DNA of 64,000 nucleotides from Paracoccaceae bacterium (lineage in GTDB: Bacteria > Pseudomonadota > Alphaproteobacteria > Rhodobacterales > Rhodobacteraceae): NCBI GenBank assembly GCA_050290705.1, contig JBNKIC010000026.1, forward strand, positions 365,699 to 429,698. The letters run 5' to 3'. A program made the position numbers and the translations under genes. Below, piece after piece: positions 1 through 8,984 of the stretch (positions are counted from its first letter, which is position 1; each line of letters starts with the position of its first letter). The notes under the pieces were generated by a model, which saw only the letters and a list, made by a program, of their open reading frames with translations, ran no database searches and was not told the DNA's origin.

Positions 1-1
1 C

Positions 2-1042
2 CTCGACCGCGACACGCAGTCGGATCCAGCGCGTGCCGCGCAACTGGCCAAGGAGCTGATCAACGAGAATATCGACCTGATGCTGGCCGTTTCCACCCCC
101 GAGGTGATCAACCCGGTCTCGGACGCCTGCGAGGCGGCTGGCGTACCCTGCCTGTCTACCGTGATGCCGTGGGAAGCGTGGTATTTCGGCCGAGGCGCCA
201 AGCCGGGCGAGCCGAGCCCATTCAAATGGACCTATCACTTTGGCTTTGGCGTTGGGGAAATCTTCCAAACCTACACATCGACCTGGCCGCAGATCGAGAC
301 CAACAAGAAGGTCGGGGTGATGTATCCCAACGACGCTGACGGCAACGCCGTGCGCGCGGTTCTGGCGCCGCAGCTTGAGGCGGCGGGTTATACGATCATC
401 GATCCCGGTGCCTATGAGACCGGCACCACAGACTATTCGACACAGATCGCCCTGTTCAAGGCCGAGGGCGTCGAGATCATCAACTCCTTCCCGATCCCGC
501 CGGATTTTGCCGCCTTCTGGCGCCAGGCGGCCCAGCAAGGTCTCGCCCGTCAGGTCAAGATCATGCAGACCGCGAAAACCGGCCTGTTCCCCTCCGAAAT
601 GGAAGCTATGGGATCGCTGGCTGAGGGCATGGCCTCGGCGGCCTACTGGCACCGCGACTTCCCCTACACCTCACCTGTGACCGGGCTGAGCGGCCACGAA
701 CTGGCCGACGGCTGGGAGGCCGCGACCGGTGAGCAATGGACTCAGCAGCTGGGCGCGACTTTGTCGCTGCTGGATGCGGGAATCGAAGCGCTGAAAGCGT
801 CGAGTGACCCGCATTCCAAAGCGGCTGTTCGTGACAGCATTGCTTCGCTGAATGTCGTGACCATCGGCGGCACGGTCGACTTCACCTCCGGCCCGGTGCC
901 GAACGTGGCACATGGCCCGATCCTCGGATCGCAATGGGTGAAGGCCACCGAGGGCCCGTTCGAGCTGGACTACGTGCTGGTCAATAACGCGACCGATCCG
1001 AACGTCCCGATCGCCGCCAAGCTCATCCCCTACAACGAATGA
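2..1042 (+). CDS. ABC transporter substrate-binding protein, Liv/PBP1 type (5'-truncated by window edge)
   Basis: Frame is open from base 2 (LDRDTQSDPARAAQLAKELI...) into the listed 320-aa ORF. Periplasmic binding protein type 1 character; first gene of a translationally coupled SBP-ATPase-ATPase-permease-permease operon. Confidence 0.85.
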   Translation, partial: LDRDTQSDPARAAQLAKELINENIDLMLAVSTPEVINPVSDACEAAGVPCLSTVMPWEAWYFGRGAKPGEPSPFKWTYHFGFGVGEIFQTYTSTWPQIETNKKVGVMYPNDADGNAVRAVLAPQLEAAGYTIIDPGAYETGTTDYSTQIALFKAEGVEIINSFPIPPDFAAFWRQAAQQGLARQVKIMQTAKTGLFPSEMEAMGSLAEGMASAAYWHRDFPYTSPVTGLSGHELADGWEAATGEQWTQQLGATLSLLDAGIEALKASSDPHSKAAVRDSIASLNVVTIGGTVDFTSGPVPNVAHGPILGSQWVKATEGPFELDYVLVNNATDPNVPIAAKLIPYNE

Positions 1043-1791
1043 GCAGGGCATCAGTTCGAGCCGGGCAGGAAGCCCGGCTCACCGGGGAAGGGATCCACAA
1101 GTCCTTTGGATCCCTCCCCGTGCTGAACGGGATCGACTTCTCGCTGACCTCGCACGAGGCGGTGGGCATCATCGGGCCGAACGGGGCGGGTAAATCCACC
1201 CTGCTTGGCATTCTGGCCGGTGCCACACCGCCCACACGGGGCACGATCCACCTCAACGGCGCTGATGTCAGCGCTCTGCCTGCGCGCGACCGAGCGGCAC
1301 GGGGGCTGGTGCGCACGCATCAGATCCCCAAGCCGTTCTCGGGAATCACTGTCTTCGAGAATGTCCTTGTCGCCGCCACCCATGCAGGGGCACGGCGCCG
1401 GGCCGAGGCCTATGACCTCGCGCTCGACGCGCTCGATGTCTGCGGCATGTTGACCGTGGCCAATCGACCGGCAGAGAGCGTTGGCCTTCTGGATCGCAAG
1501 CGGCTGGAACTGGCGCGTGCGCTGGCCACCTCGCCGCGCCTGCTGCTGCTCGACGAGATTGGCGGCGGGTTGACCGATGCCGAGGCCTCCGAGCTGGTGG
1601 ACACGATCCGTTCCTTACGCGCGCGCGGCATCGGGATCGTCTGGATCGAGCATATCGTCCACATTCTTTTGCAGATCGCCGAACGACTGGTCTGCATGGA
1701 TGCAGGCCGCATCATCGCCGAGGGGAAACCGGAGACCGTCATGTCTGACCCGGAGGTTGTCTCGGCCTATCTCGGGGGGACGCCGGAATGA
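1039..1791 (+). CDS. ABC transporter ATP-binding protein, LivG-like
   Basis: Walker A GPNGAGKST, Walker B LLLLDE, H-loop WIEH, C-terminal V..AYLG; ATGA overlap with upstream gene. Confidence 0.9.
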   Translation: MSRASVRAGQEARLTGEGIHKSFGSLPVLNGIDFSLTSHEAVGIIGPNGAGKSTLLGILAGATPPTRGTIHLNGADVSALPARDRAARGLVRTHQIPKPFSGITVFENVLVAATHAGARRRAEAYDLALDALDVCGMLTVANRPAESVGLLDRKRLELARALATSPRLLLLDEIGGGLTDAEASELVDTIRSLRARGIGIVWIEHIVHILLQIAERLVCMDAGRIIAEGKPETVMSDPEVVSAYLGGTPE

Positions 1792-2507
1792 GCATTCTGA
1801 GTATTAAAGATCTGGATGTGCGCTATGGCCAGTTCCGCGCTGTGCGCGAGGTGAGCTTCGATGTGCAGCAAGGGGAAATCCTCGCGCTTGTGGGGGCCAA
1901 TGGGGCTGGCAAAACCACTCTGCTGGGGGCGCTGGCAGGGGCCAATCCGGTCAAGGCCGGAACTGTGCACCTGAATGGCATCGACATCACCCATATGCCC
2001 AGCCATCAGCGCGTGGCCGCCGGGCTGGCTTTGGTGCCTGAGGGGCGCAAGCTGTTCCTCGATATGACTGTCGAGGAAAACCTGAAGCTGGGTCGCACCG
2101 TGGGGCGCGACGGGGACTGGACGGTTGAGCGCATCTTTGAGACCTTTCCCAACCTCGTCAAACGACGCCATGCCGCGACCGGCACCATGTCGGGCGGCGA
2201 GCAGCAGGCCACAGCCATCGGCCGGGCGCTGATGTCCAACCCCGATGTGCTGATCCTGGATGAGGTCAGTCTGGGCCTGTCGCCGCTGGTGGTCGATCAG
2301 GTCTATGCCTCGCTCGACGGGCTGCTGCACACAGGCACCACGATCATTCTGGTCGAGCAGGATCTGACCCGCGCGATGACCGTGGCGGATCGGGTGATCT
2401 GCATGCTGGAAGGCCGAGTGATGCTGGACAGTCCTATGCCGCAGACCAATCGTGCGGCAATCACCCATGCCTATTTCGGAAGCACCGGCGAGGGAGCTGT
2501 CGCATGA
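1788..2507 (+). CDS. ABC transporter ATP-binding protein, LivF-like
   Basis: Walker A GANGAGKTT, LVPEGRKLF, signature MSGGEQQ, LDEVSLGLSP, LVEQ. Confidence 0.9.
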   Translation: MSILSIKDLDVRYGQFRAVREVSFDVQQGEILALVGANGAGKTTLLGALAGANPVKAGTVHLNGIDITHMPSHQRVAAGLALVPEGRKLFLDMTVEENLKLGRTVGRDGDWTVERIFETFPNLVKRRHAATGTMSGGEQQATAIGRALMSNPDVLILDEVSLGLSPLVVDQVYASLDGLLHTGTTIILVEQDLTRAMTVADRVICMLEGRVMLDSPMPQTNRAAITHAYFGSTGEGAVA

Positions 2508-3409
2508 TCAATATCCTTATTCAGGCTGTGCTTCTGGGGGGCTATTACGCGCTGATTGCCTGCGGGCTGGCCTTCATGTTGCAGGTGATGCGGGTGATCA
2601 ACCTTGCCCATGGCTCGCTCGCTGTGGTCAGCGCCTATCTGGTCTGGCTGCTGGCCGACAGCACGGGGCTTTCGCCCTTCCTCGGGGTGCTGCTGGCCCT
2701 TCCGATCATGGGGGGTGCGGGGTGGCTGTTACAGCGCTTGATGCTGGAACGCGCAGTCCGGAGCGGAGAGTTGCTGCCGGTGCTGACCACCTTTGGCCTG
2801 GCCATCGTGCTGGACAACCTGATGTTTCAACAGTTTGGCGCGAATACACGCTCTTTGTCGCCCTATGTCGGCGATCTCAGCTGGGAGGCCTTCGAGCTGC
2901 CCGGCGGCATCTATGTCGGCAAGTTGCCGGTCTATATCCTGATTGCGGCCCTGCTGATCCTCGGCTCGCTTGACCTGATGCTGAAGCGTACGGCGCTGGG
3001 GCGGCAAATCCGCGCCACCGCCGCAGATCCCGTGACGGCGGGGCTGATCGGGGTCGATGCGCGGCGCGCGGCCGGGATTGCCGCAGCTTTGGCGACGATG
3101 ACTGTGGCAGTGTCCGGGGTGGCCCTCGGCCTGCGCGGCACGTTTGACGCCTATGCCGGGGCGCCGCAGCTCTTGTTTGCCTTCGAGGCTACGATCATCG
3201 GCGGTGCGCGATCGCTTTGGGGCGTGCTTTTTGGTGCCATCGTGCTGGCGGTGGCGCAATCCTTCGGCGCGCAGATCCATCCGCAGGGGTTCTTGCTGGG
3301 CGGGCATGTGGCGTTTCTCGTCGTCCTGTTCGTCCGCCTTGCGCTGAAAGGCAAATCGCTGAGGCTGACGCATATCCTGCGATCCACTGAAAAAGGAGCG
3401 GCGCAATGA
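2504..3409 (+). CDS. ABC transporter permease, LivH-like
   Basis: YALIACGL...VINLAHG, RTALGRQIRATA, IIGG motifs; multiple hydrophobic segments. Confidence 0.88.
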   Translation: MINILIQAVLLGGYYALIACGLAFMLQVMRVINLAHGSLAVVSAYLVWLLADSTGLSPFLGVLLALPIMGGAGWLLQRLMLERAVRSGELLPVLTTFGLAIVLDNLMFQQFGANTRSLSPYVGDLSWEAFELPGGIYVGKLPVYILIAALLILGSLDLMLKRTALGRQIRATAADPVTAGLIGVDARRAAGIAAALATMTVAVSGVALGLRGTFDAYAGAPQLLFAFEATIIGGARSLWGVLFGAIVLAVAQSFGAQIHPQGFLLGGHVAFLVVLFVRLALKGKSLRLTHILRSTEKGAAQ

Positions 3410-4404
3410 TCATCCATCGCTGGACCTGGCAGTCCAAACTGACCTTCGCCCTGGCCACCGTGGTCATCCTGGTGCTGGCCTTGGTTCCGAGCTTCGCAAC
3501 CGGCGGTGTGATCGAGCGGCTCACTGTACTGTTCATCTATGTGATCCTTGCCGCCATGTGGAACGCGCTGGCGGGTTATGGTGGGCTGGTTTCCATTGGT
3601 AATCAGCTGTTCTTTGGCCTCGGCGCCTATGCAACGATCCGGCTGGCGAATGCGGGGATCAACCCATTTGCCGCGATGCTGCTGGCAGCCGGGATCGTGG
3701 CGGGGCTGAGCTGGGTACTGTCGCTGTTCATGCTGCACCTGCGCGCCGGTGAGTTCGCCATCGGCATGTGGGTTCTGGCCTCGATCGCGCATCTCTGTGT
3801 GAACCTCGACCCGCTGATCCAGGGCGAGACCGGCACGTCGCTCATTTCACTCAACGCCTATGCCATCGACGATCGGCGCGTGCTGATCTTCTGGGCAGCG
3901 CTCGCGGGCATGGTAGGCCTGCTGGCGCTGCTGTTCGCGGTGCTGCGCACGCCCTCCGGGCTGGCCATGCAAGCGATCCGCGACAATGAAGAGGCGGCGG
4001 ATTCCATCGGCGTGAACCCGATGCGGACCAAGCGGCTATTCTTCGTATTGGCGGGGTTCGGCACCGCGGTCGCGGGCGCGTTGTGGCTGGCGCAGGTCTC
4101 GGCTTTCCAGCCCAAGACGTATTTCAGCGTGCAATGGACGGCCTATATGATCTTCATGGTCCTTGTGGGCGGGCTGGGCCGGTTCGAGGGCGCGATCCTG
4201 GGCGCGCTGATCTTCTTCGCAGCCGAGACCTGGTTTGCGGCCACCGGCGTCTGGTATCTGATCGGCCTCGGGGCGGCGGCGCTGCTGTTTTCCCTGCTGC
4301 TGCCAAAAGGGCTGTGGGGTTGGATCGCCGCCCGCACCGGCGTCAGCCTGATGCCTCTGGGCTACCGCGTCCAACTTGAAACCCGATCAGAACAAGCCAG
4401 GTAA
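3406..4404 (+). CDS. ABC transporter permease, LivM-like
   Basis: WNALAGYGGLVSIG..FFGLGAY, GLAMQAIRDNEEAA, MVLVGGLG motifs. Confidence 0.88.
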   Translation: MIIHRWTWQSKLTFALATVVILVLALVPSFATGGVIERLTVLFIYVILAAMWNALAGYGGLVSIGNQLFFGLGAYATIRLANAGINPFAAMLLAAGIVAGLSWVLSLFMLHLRAGEFAIGMWVLASIAHLCVNLDPLIQGETGTSLISLNAYAIDDRRVLIFWAALAGMVGLLALLFAVLRTPSGLAMQAIRDNEEAADSIGVNPMRTKRLFFVLAGFGTAVAGALWLAQVSAFQPKTYFSVQWTAYMIFMVLVGGLGRFEGAILGALIFFAAETWFAATGVWYLIGLGAAALLFSLLLPKGLWGWIAARTGVSLMPLGYRVQLETRSEQAR

Positions 4405-4421
4405 CCCGGTGCTTTTGAAAC

Positions 4422-4456
4422 CACTGCTTCCCGCACTCCAAGAGCGGGGAGCAGTG
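4422..4456 (+). terminator. Stem-loop after the ABC operon (possible terminator)
   Basis: CACTGCTTCCCGC-N9-GCGGGGAGCAGTG; U-tract weak. Confidence 0.4.
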
Positions 4457-5117
4457 CAATTCTGGGTCGGACTCTCGTCACAAATGGGAAAGAAATCCCA
4501 TGGCAGGTCTCGGTACCTATTATGTACGGGTTTTGTGAAAACCAATTGAAGTCAAAAAATAAGCCGGGAGGTTCCGGCAAAATCACTCTGAAGGCAGGTG
4601 GCGATCATAGGGCATTAATTGTCCGCTTTCACTAGTGCCACCAGTTAATCTGCCGCTGCAGCGAAGGGCAGCTTTCCGCCCCGACCTGCATGAGCAACCT
4701 TCGCGCTAGGACGGCAGATAGCGGGTCCGCTTCGGGCTGGCACCGTGCATTCGCTGCGCCACGCATGCACGTTAGCTTCAGGCTTGAGCTGTTGATTGCA
4801 CCTTGTTGTGGATCATGGCTGCAAGATCGGCATTGCCATTCATCCATCGGGGGCGGTTGGCGCGTCCGGATTGACGAAAATTTCTGCCAGATTTTTTCGA
4901 GCTCCTATCTATACAATCGAGCGTGCGAGTTTCCCCCATACCCCCGGTTCGGGCACACTTCTGTCACACTGCGCTGTGACGGAGTGAAAGGAACAAGTCG
5001 TTGACATTGCGGAAAGCAGCTCCTAGGAGTTAACTGTAACAAGTTGTAATCAGGTTGTTTTTCGCGGTACTTCGATGCTGATTTGTCGAGTTGGGCAACG
5101 GGCCAAAACAGGTTCTG

Positions 5118-5168
5118 GCTGCCCTCCGAAGGCAGAGGCCATAGGTTCGAATCCTATCGGGTGCACCA
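5118..5168 (+). mobile_element. 3' fragment of tRNA-Arg(CCG); probable attR of a tRNA-integrated genomic island lying to the left
   Basis: GCTGCC-CTCCGAA-GGCAG anticodon arm (CCG at 5126-5128), T-arm GGTTCGAATCC and acceptor 3' strand GGGTGCACCA are present. The 5' acceptor strand and D-arm are absent upstream. Confidence 0.8.
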
Positions 5169-5285
5169 TCACTCCCCCCCCTTGTTTGCATCGATAAATG
5201 CCGTGGTCCTGTGCACCGTGCCCCCTGTTGGATGCACCGCATTGTGACTACTGTTGCAGCAATTCCGGTTTGATGGAGATGTTTC

Positions 5286-6581
5286 TTGCGCAAGGCGATT
5301 GTTCTGGGTGGCTACGGGCTGATTGGCTCAGCCTGCATGCGGGCGCTGCGGGCGGCTGGATTTACGGTGATCGGGGTTGGTCGATCGCGCCGTGCGGCGC
5401 TTGCGTCGGACCCGGCAGCGGAGTGGCGTTTTCATGACCTTTCAAAGCTAGAGGTCACCGAATGGCGCGCCCTTTTGGCCGATGTCGATGTGGTTGTGAA
5501 CGCCGCCGGGGCACTTCAGGATGGCGCCCGGGATAACCTCGAGGCGATCCATGTCACGATGCTCACGCGTCTGACCGAGGCCGCGCAGAATCTGCCCCTG
5601 CGCATCGTGCAGATCTCGGCGGCAGGCGTTTCTGCTGAGGCCTCGACCGACTTCTTCCGCAGCAAGGCGCGGGGCGATGCGGTGCTGTCCGCACATGCCA
5701 AGAACTGGGTGATCTTGCGGCCAACGCTGGTTCTGTCGCCCGATGCCTATGGTGGCACGGCACTGTTGCGCGGGGTCGCCGGGGCACCGCTGATCGTGCC
5801 GCGCGTGCTGCCCGATACACAGATCCAAACCGTGCATGTGGCTGATCTTGCGTCTGCCGTGGTCACGGCGGCACAGGGGGCGGTGCCCTCAGGCACAGTC
5901 GCCGATATCACCGCGGCCGATCTCCATAGTTTTGCAGATCTGGTTGCGCGCATCCGTGTCTGGCAAGGGTTTCCTCCGCCGCGTTTTATTCCGCTCCTGC
6001 CGAATTGGCTGCTCGCGCTCAGCGGCAAGGGGGCCGATCTTCTGGGGCATCTGGGCTGGCGCTCGGCCCTGCGCACCACCGCGCTGCGCACCCTTGCCGA
6101 GGGTGTGCAAGGCGATCCGATGACATGGACGGCACTCACCGGCCAGACCTGTCGTAGCTTGGAGCAAACGCTCGCCGATCTGCCCTCAACACGGCAAGAG
6201 CGGCTCTACGCGCGGCTCTACTTCGCCTTGCCATTTGCGATCGCAGTCCTTGCCCTGTTCTGGAGCCTCTCGGGGCTGATCACCCTCGTTGATCCTGCCC
6301 GTGCAATTGAGGTGCTGCAAAGCCGGGGCGCACCAGGATGGTTTGCGGGCTTCGCTGTCTTCGGTGGGGCGTTCACCGATCTGGCGCTGGGGATGGCGAT
6401 CCTGTGGCGGGTTTGGACGCGGCGCGCGGCAGTGGGCATGATCGCGCTTTCCGGGCTTTACCTTGCTGGCAGCCTGATCGCCGCCCCCGATCTGTGGCTC
6501 GATCCGCTGGGTCCTATGCTAAAGGTGCTGCCCGGCATGGTGCTGGCTGCTTTTGTGGCGCTGATATTGGAGGAGCGATGA
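5286..6581 (+). CDS. NAD(P)-dependent SDR/epimerase with C-terminal DoxX-like membrane domain
   Basis: Rossmann GGYGLIG, VVVNAAG, ISAAG, ILRPTLV; C-terminal TM helices ending PDLWLDPLGPMLK. TTG start with GGAG RBS. Confidence 0.8.
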   Translation: MRKAIVLGGYGLIGSACMRALRAAGFTVIGVGRSRRAALASDPAAEWRFHDLSKLEVTEWRALLADVDVVVNAAGALQDGARDNLEAIHVTMLTRLTEAAQNLPLRIVQISAAGVSAEASTDFFRSKARGDAVLSAHAKNWVILRPTLVLSPDAYGGTALLRGVAGAPLIVPRVLPDTQIQTVHVADLASAVVTAAQGAVPSGTVADITAADLHSFADLVARIRVWQGFPPPRFIPLLPNWLLALSGKGADLLGHLGWRSALRTTALRTLAEGVQGDPMTWTALTGQTCRSLEQTLADLPSTRQERLYARLYFALPFAIAVLALFWSLSGLITLVDPARAIEVLQSRGAPGWFAGFAVFGGAFTDLALGMAILWRVWTRRAAVGMIALSGLYLAGSLIAAPDLWLDPLGPMLKVLPGMVLAAFVALILEER

Positions 6582-6709
6582 GCCGCGAGATCCTACGGTT
6601 CCTGCATGTGATCAGGCGAACGCTCGACGACCGTACAGAATTTCTCTTCCGCTTCTTGCACATTAGAAGCTTTGGCACCGCAATTTGCTGCGGTTGGTTT
6701 ATGGTCTGA
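6578..6709 (+). pseudogene. Truncated DUF2269-like membrane protein remnant (43 aa)
   Basis: ATGA-coupled to the SDR gene. MSREILRFLHVI...FRFLHIRSFGTAI resembles the N-terminus of DUF2269 proteins that usually neighbour SDR-DoxX genes, then stops early. Confidence 0.4.
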
Positions 6710-6760
6710 GTGGTTCGGCAAGGCATCTCTGCCCGGCTGACCGGGCAGAGTGGGGTGGCG

Positions 6761-8845
6761 TCAGTCGAGCCCTTCGAGTTGCTCCAGCATCGGGCCAAGA
6801 TAGGCCTCATAGCGGCGCCAGGCCTCGGAGCTGCCGGTATACATCTTCTGCTTCACCTGGGTCGCCGAGACGGTTTTCACCGCACGTTCGGTCTTGTGGA
6901 AATCAAGGCAGGCCTCTTCCCAGTCCAACCCGGCCGCAGCCACCAGCTTGCGGCTTTCCTCTTCCTGGTTTTCGGTGAGCTTTTCATAGGGCACAATGGT
7001 CACCCGGTCGGGGAACATCTCGACCCAAAGCTCCATCAGTTCAAGGTGATAGCGATACATCTTGGCGACATCGACCATGTCGTTACCAAAGTTGTTGGCG
7101 CTGCCCATGAAGGAATTCGAGTAGTTCGACCAGCAGGTGGCCCGGCTGTCGCGTCGCATGAACAGCACCCGCGCCTCGGGCATGGCCAGCAGCATATGAC
7201 CCACCCAGCGGAAGTTGATCGGGGTTTTGTCGGTGATCACCGGCTCGGATACCCGCAAGCGGTCGAGCCCATCCAGATAGCTGCTGCGGATGGTCGACAG
7301 GGTCTTCTGATCGGGATGGCATCCCAGCGTGTTCTTGCGAAGCCCTGCATGATACATTGCCACATCGCAAAGCGGCAATTCGCCCCCACCGCTGACCTGA
7401 CTGTGGCTGGCCAGAATCTGTTCGACCAGCGAGGTACCGGAGCGCGGCATCCCGACGATGAATACCGGGCGATGATGGGCTGGGTTTTTCTTGATCAGCT
7501 CCGCAGACAGCGGGGCGGGATGTGCCGACATTTGTTCCTTGAGCTGATCGAACATCTCAAAGACTTCTGCGATGTTGTATGGTTCATATTCCCGCCGCGC
7601 CGAATTTGCCTTTTCAAGATAGGCAAAGGCCGTCGGGATATCGCCGGCCTTGTTATGGGCGTTGAACAGGGTGAAGCCCACATCTGACCGCTGCGCCTCT
7701 TTAGTTTCGGGGTCTTCGAAACAAGCCACGAGCCGGTCGTGATCCGGATGGTCGATCAGCAGGGTTTCCAGCCGCCAACGCAGGGCGAGCGCCCCCATCG
7801 TCGTCGGGTCGATTGCAAGCGAGCGATCAAGGCATTCAGCGGCCTTCTTGGAGTCGCCCATCACCTGATAGCCGTGGCCGAGCATCCGCCAGGCCTCCGC
7901 GTTTTCCGGGTCGTTTCTTAGGACTTCACGACAGGATTCGATTGAGTCATGCACAAGGTTCTGGCTGTTCTGGGCAGTGGCCAGCGCCAGTCTGAGCACG
8001 CTGACCGTCGGGAATTTTTCGAGCACACTGTTCAAGAACTCGATCGCTTCATCCGCGCGGCCATCGGTCACCAGGGCGGTGGTGATGTTGTTGATCGTCT
8101 CCAGCCGGTTCGGGTCAATCGCATAGGCTTTACGGAAATATCCAACCGCTTCTTCATGGTTGCCCATGGCGCCGTTGGCATTGCCAGCCCCCAGCAGCGG
8201 TTCAACCGCGCCCGGCATTTGCTTGATGGCTTTCTGGAACGCGGCAAGGGCGTCCTCGTGGGCGTCTTGCTGCAAGCGCGCATAGCCAAGGAAGAAGTGC
8301 CCAAGACCGAAATTGGGGTCGATTTTCAGCGCCTGGCGGGCAGCGACCTCGGCCTCGGCATTGCGACCGATCTCGATCAGCTGACCGGCCTTGTTGGCAT
8401 AGGCGCCGACAAAACCGGGATCAATCGCGCTGACGCGGTCGAACAGCTCGATGGCTTTTTCATGTTGCTTGAGCTGAACCTGCGCCTGGGCGAGCATGTT
8501 AAGCAGGGCCGGGGCTTTCGGGAACAGCATCGCCAGGCGTTGACCCTCGGCCACGACACGCTGGAATTCCCCCCGGTTCATCATTGCGCCAAGCGCCTGC
8601 ATTTGTTGTGGCGGCGGGGTCGGTCCGGCGGCCACCCTGCGCCCGGGCTGGGCGCCGCCTGCGGGTTTTGCCGGGGCTCCGCCGCGCGGCATCTGCGCGG
8701 CCATCGTCACCGTCGCCAGGCCCATTTTGGCTTTCGGATTATTGGGGAACTTCGCCAGCACCTCTTTGTAGAGAGTTGCCGCGGTATTGAAATCGCCGCG
8801 TTTCGCCAGTTTCTCTGCTTTGCGCAAGTTGGATTCGACCGACAT
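6761..8845 (-). CDS. TPR-repeat sulfotransferase (copy A)
   Basis: N-terminal TPRs; PAPS-binding FIVGMPRSGTSLVEQIL, TDKTP.NF, VPYEKL, WRRYE. Start placed at MSVES by alignment with the paralogue. Confidence 0.88.
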   Translation of the reverse strand: MSVESNLRKAEKLAKRGDFNTAATLYKEVLAKFPNNPKAKMGLATVTMAAQMPRGGAPAKPAGGAQPGRRVAAGPTPPPQQMQALGAMMNRGEFQRVVAEGQRLAMLFPKAPALLNMLAQAQVQLKQHEKAIELFDRVSAIDPGFVGAYANKAGQLIEIGRNAEAEVAARQALKIDPNFGLGHFFLGYARLQQDAHEDALAAFQKAIKQMPGAVEPLLGAGNANGAMGNHEEAVGYFRKAYAIDPNRLETINNITTALVTDGRADEAIEFLNSVLEKFPTVSVLRLALATAQNSQNLVHDSIESCREVLRNDPENAEAWRMLGHGYQVMGDSKKAAECLDRSLAIDPTTMGALALRWRLETLLIDHPDHDRLVACFEDPETKEAQRSDVGFTLFNAHNKAGDIPTAFAYLEKANSARREYEPYNIAEVFEMFDQLKEQMSAHPAPLSAELIKKNPAHHRPVFIVGMPRSGTSLVEQILASHSQVSGGGELPLCDVAMYHAGLRKNTLGCHPDQKTLSTIRSSYLDGLDRLRVSEPVITDKTPINFRWVGHMLLAMPEARVLFMRRDSRATCWSNYSNSFMGSANNFGNDMVDVAKMYRYHLELMELWVEMFPDRVTIVPYEKLTENQEEESRKLVAAAGLDWEEACLDFHKTERAVKTVSATQVKQKMYTGSSEAWRRYEAYLGPMLEQLEGLD

Positions 8846-8984
8846 CGCTTTCCTGTTCCCTGTGTTTGCCAAAGCATATTTCACATGCCAGAGCCCCGAA
8901 TGCCAGAGCAGGAGCGAAAGTGATAGGTCTCAGTGGCGCATTTCCGCGTGAGGGCGGTGCGGCAAGCGAGTGGGAATGGCCGGT

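Noticed and set aside
4460-5090. Short ORFs (63-104 aa) and a GTAC-N7-GTAC palindrome in the AT-richer island end
   Set aside because: No RBS or recognisable protein features; more likely decayed sequence. The palindrome has no associated gene.
5090-5168. Intact tRNA-Arg gene
   Set aside because: The 5' acceptor strand and D-arm are missing, so it is called as an att fragment instead.
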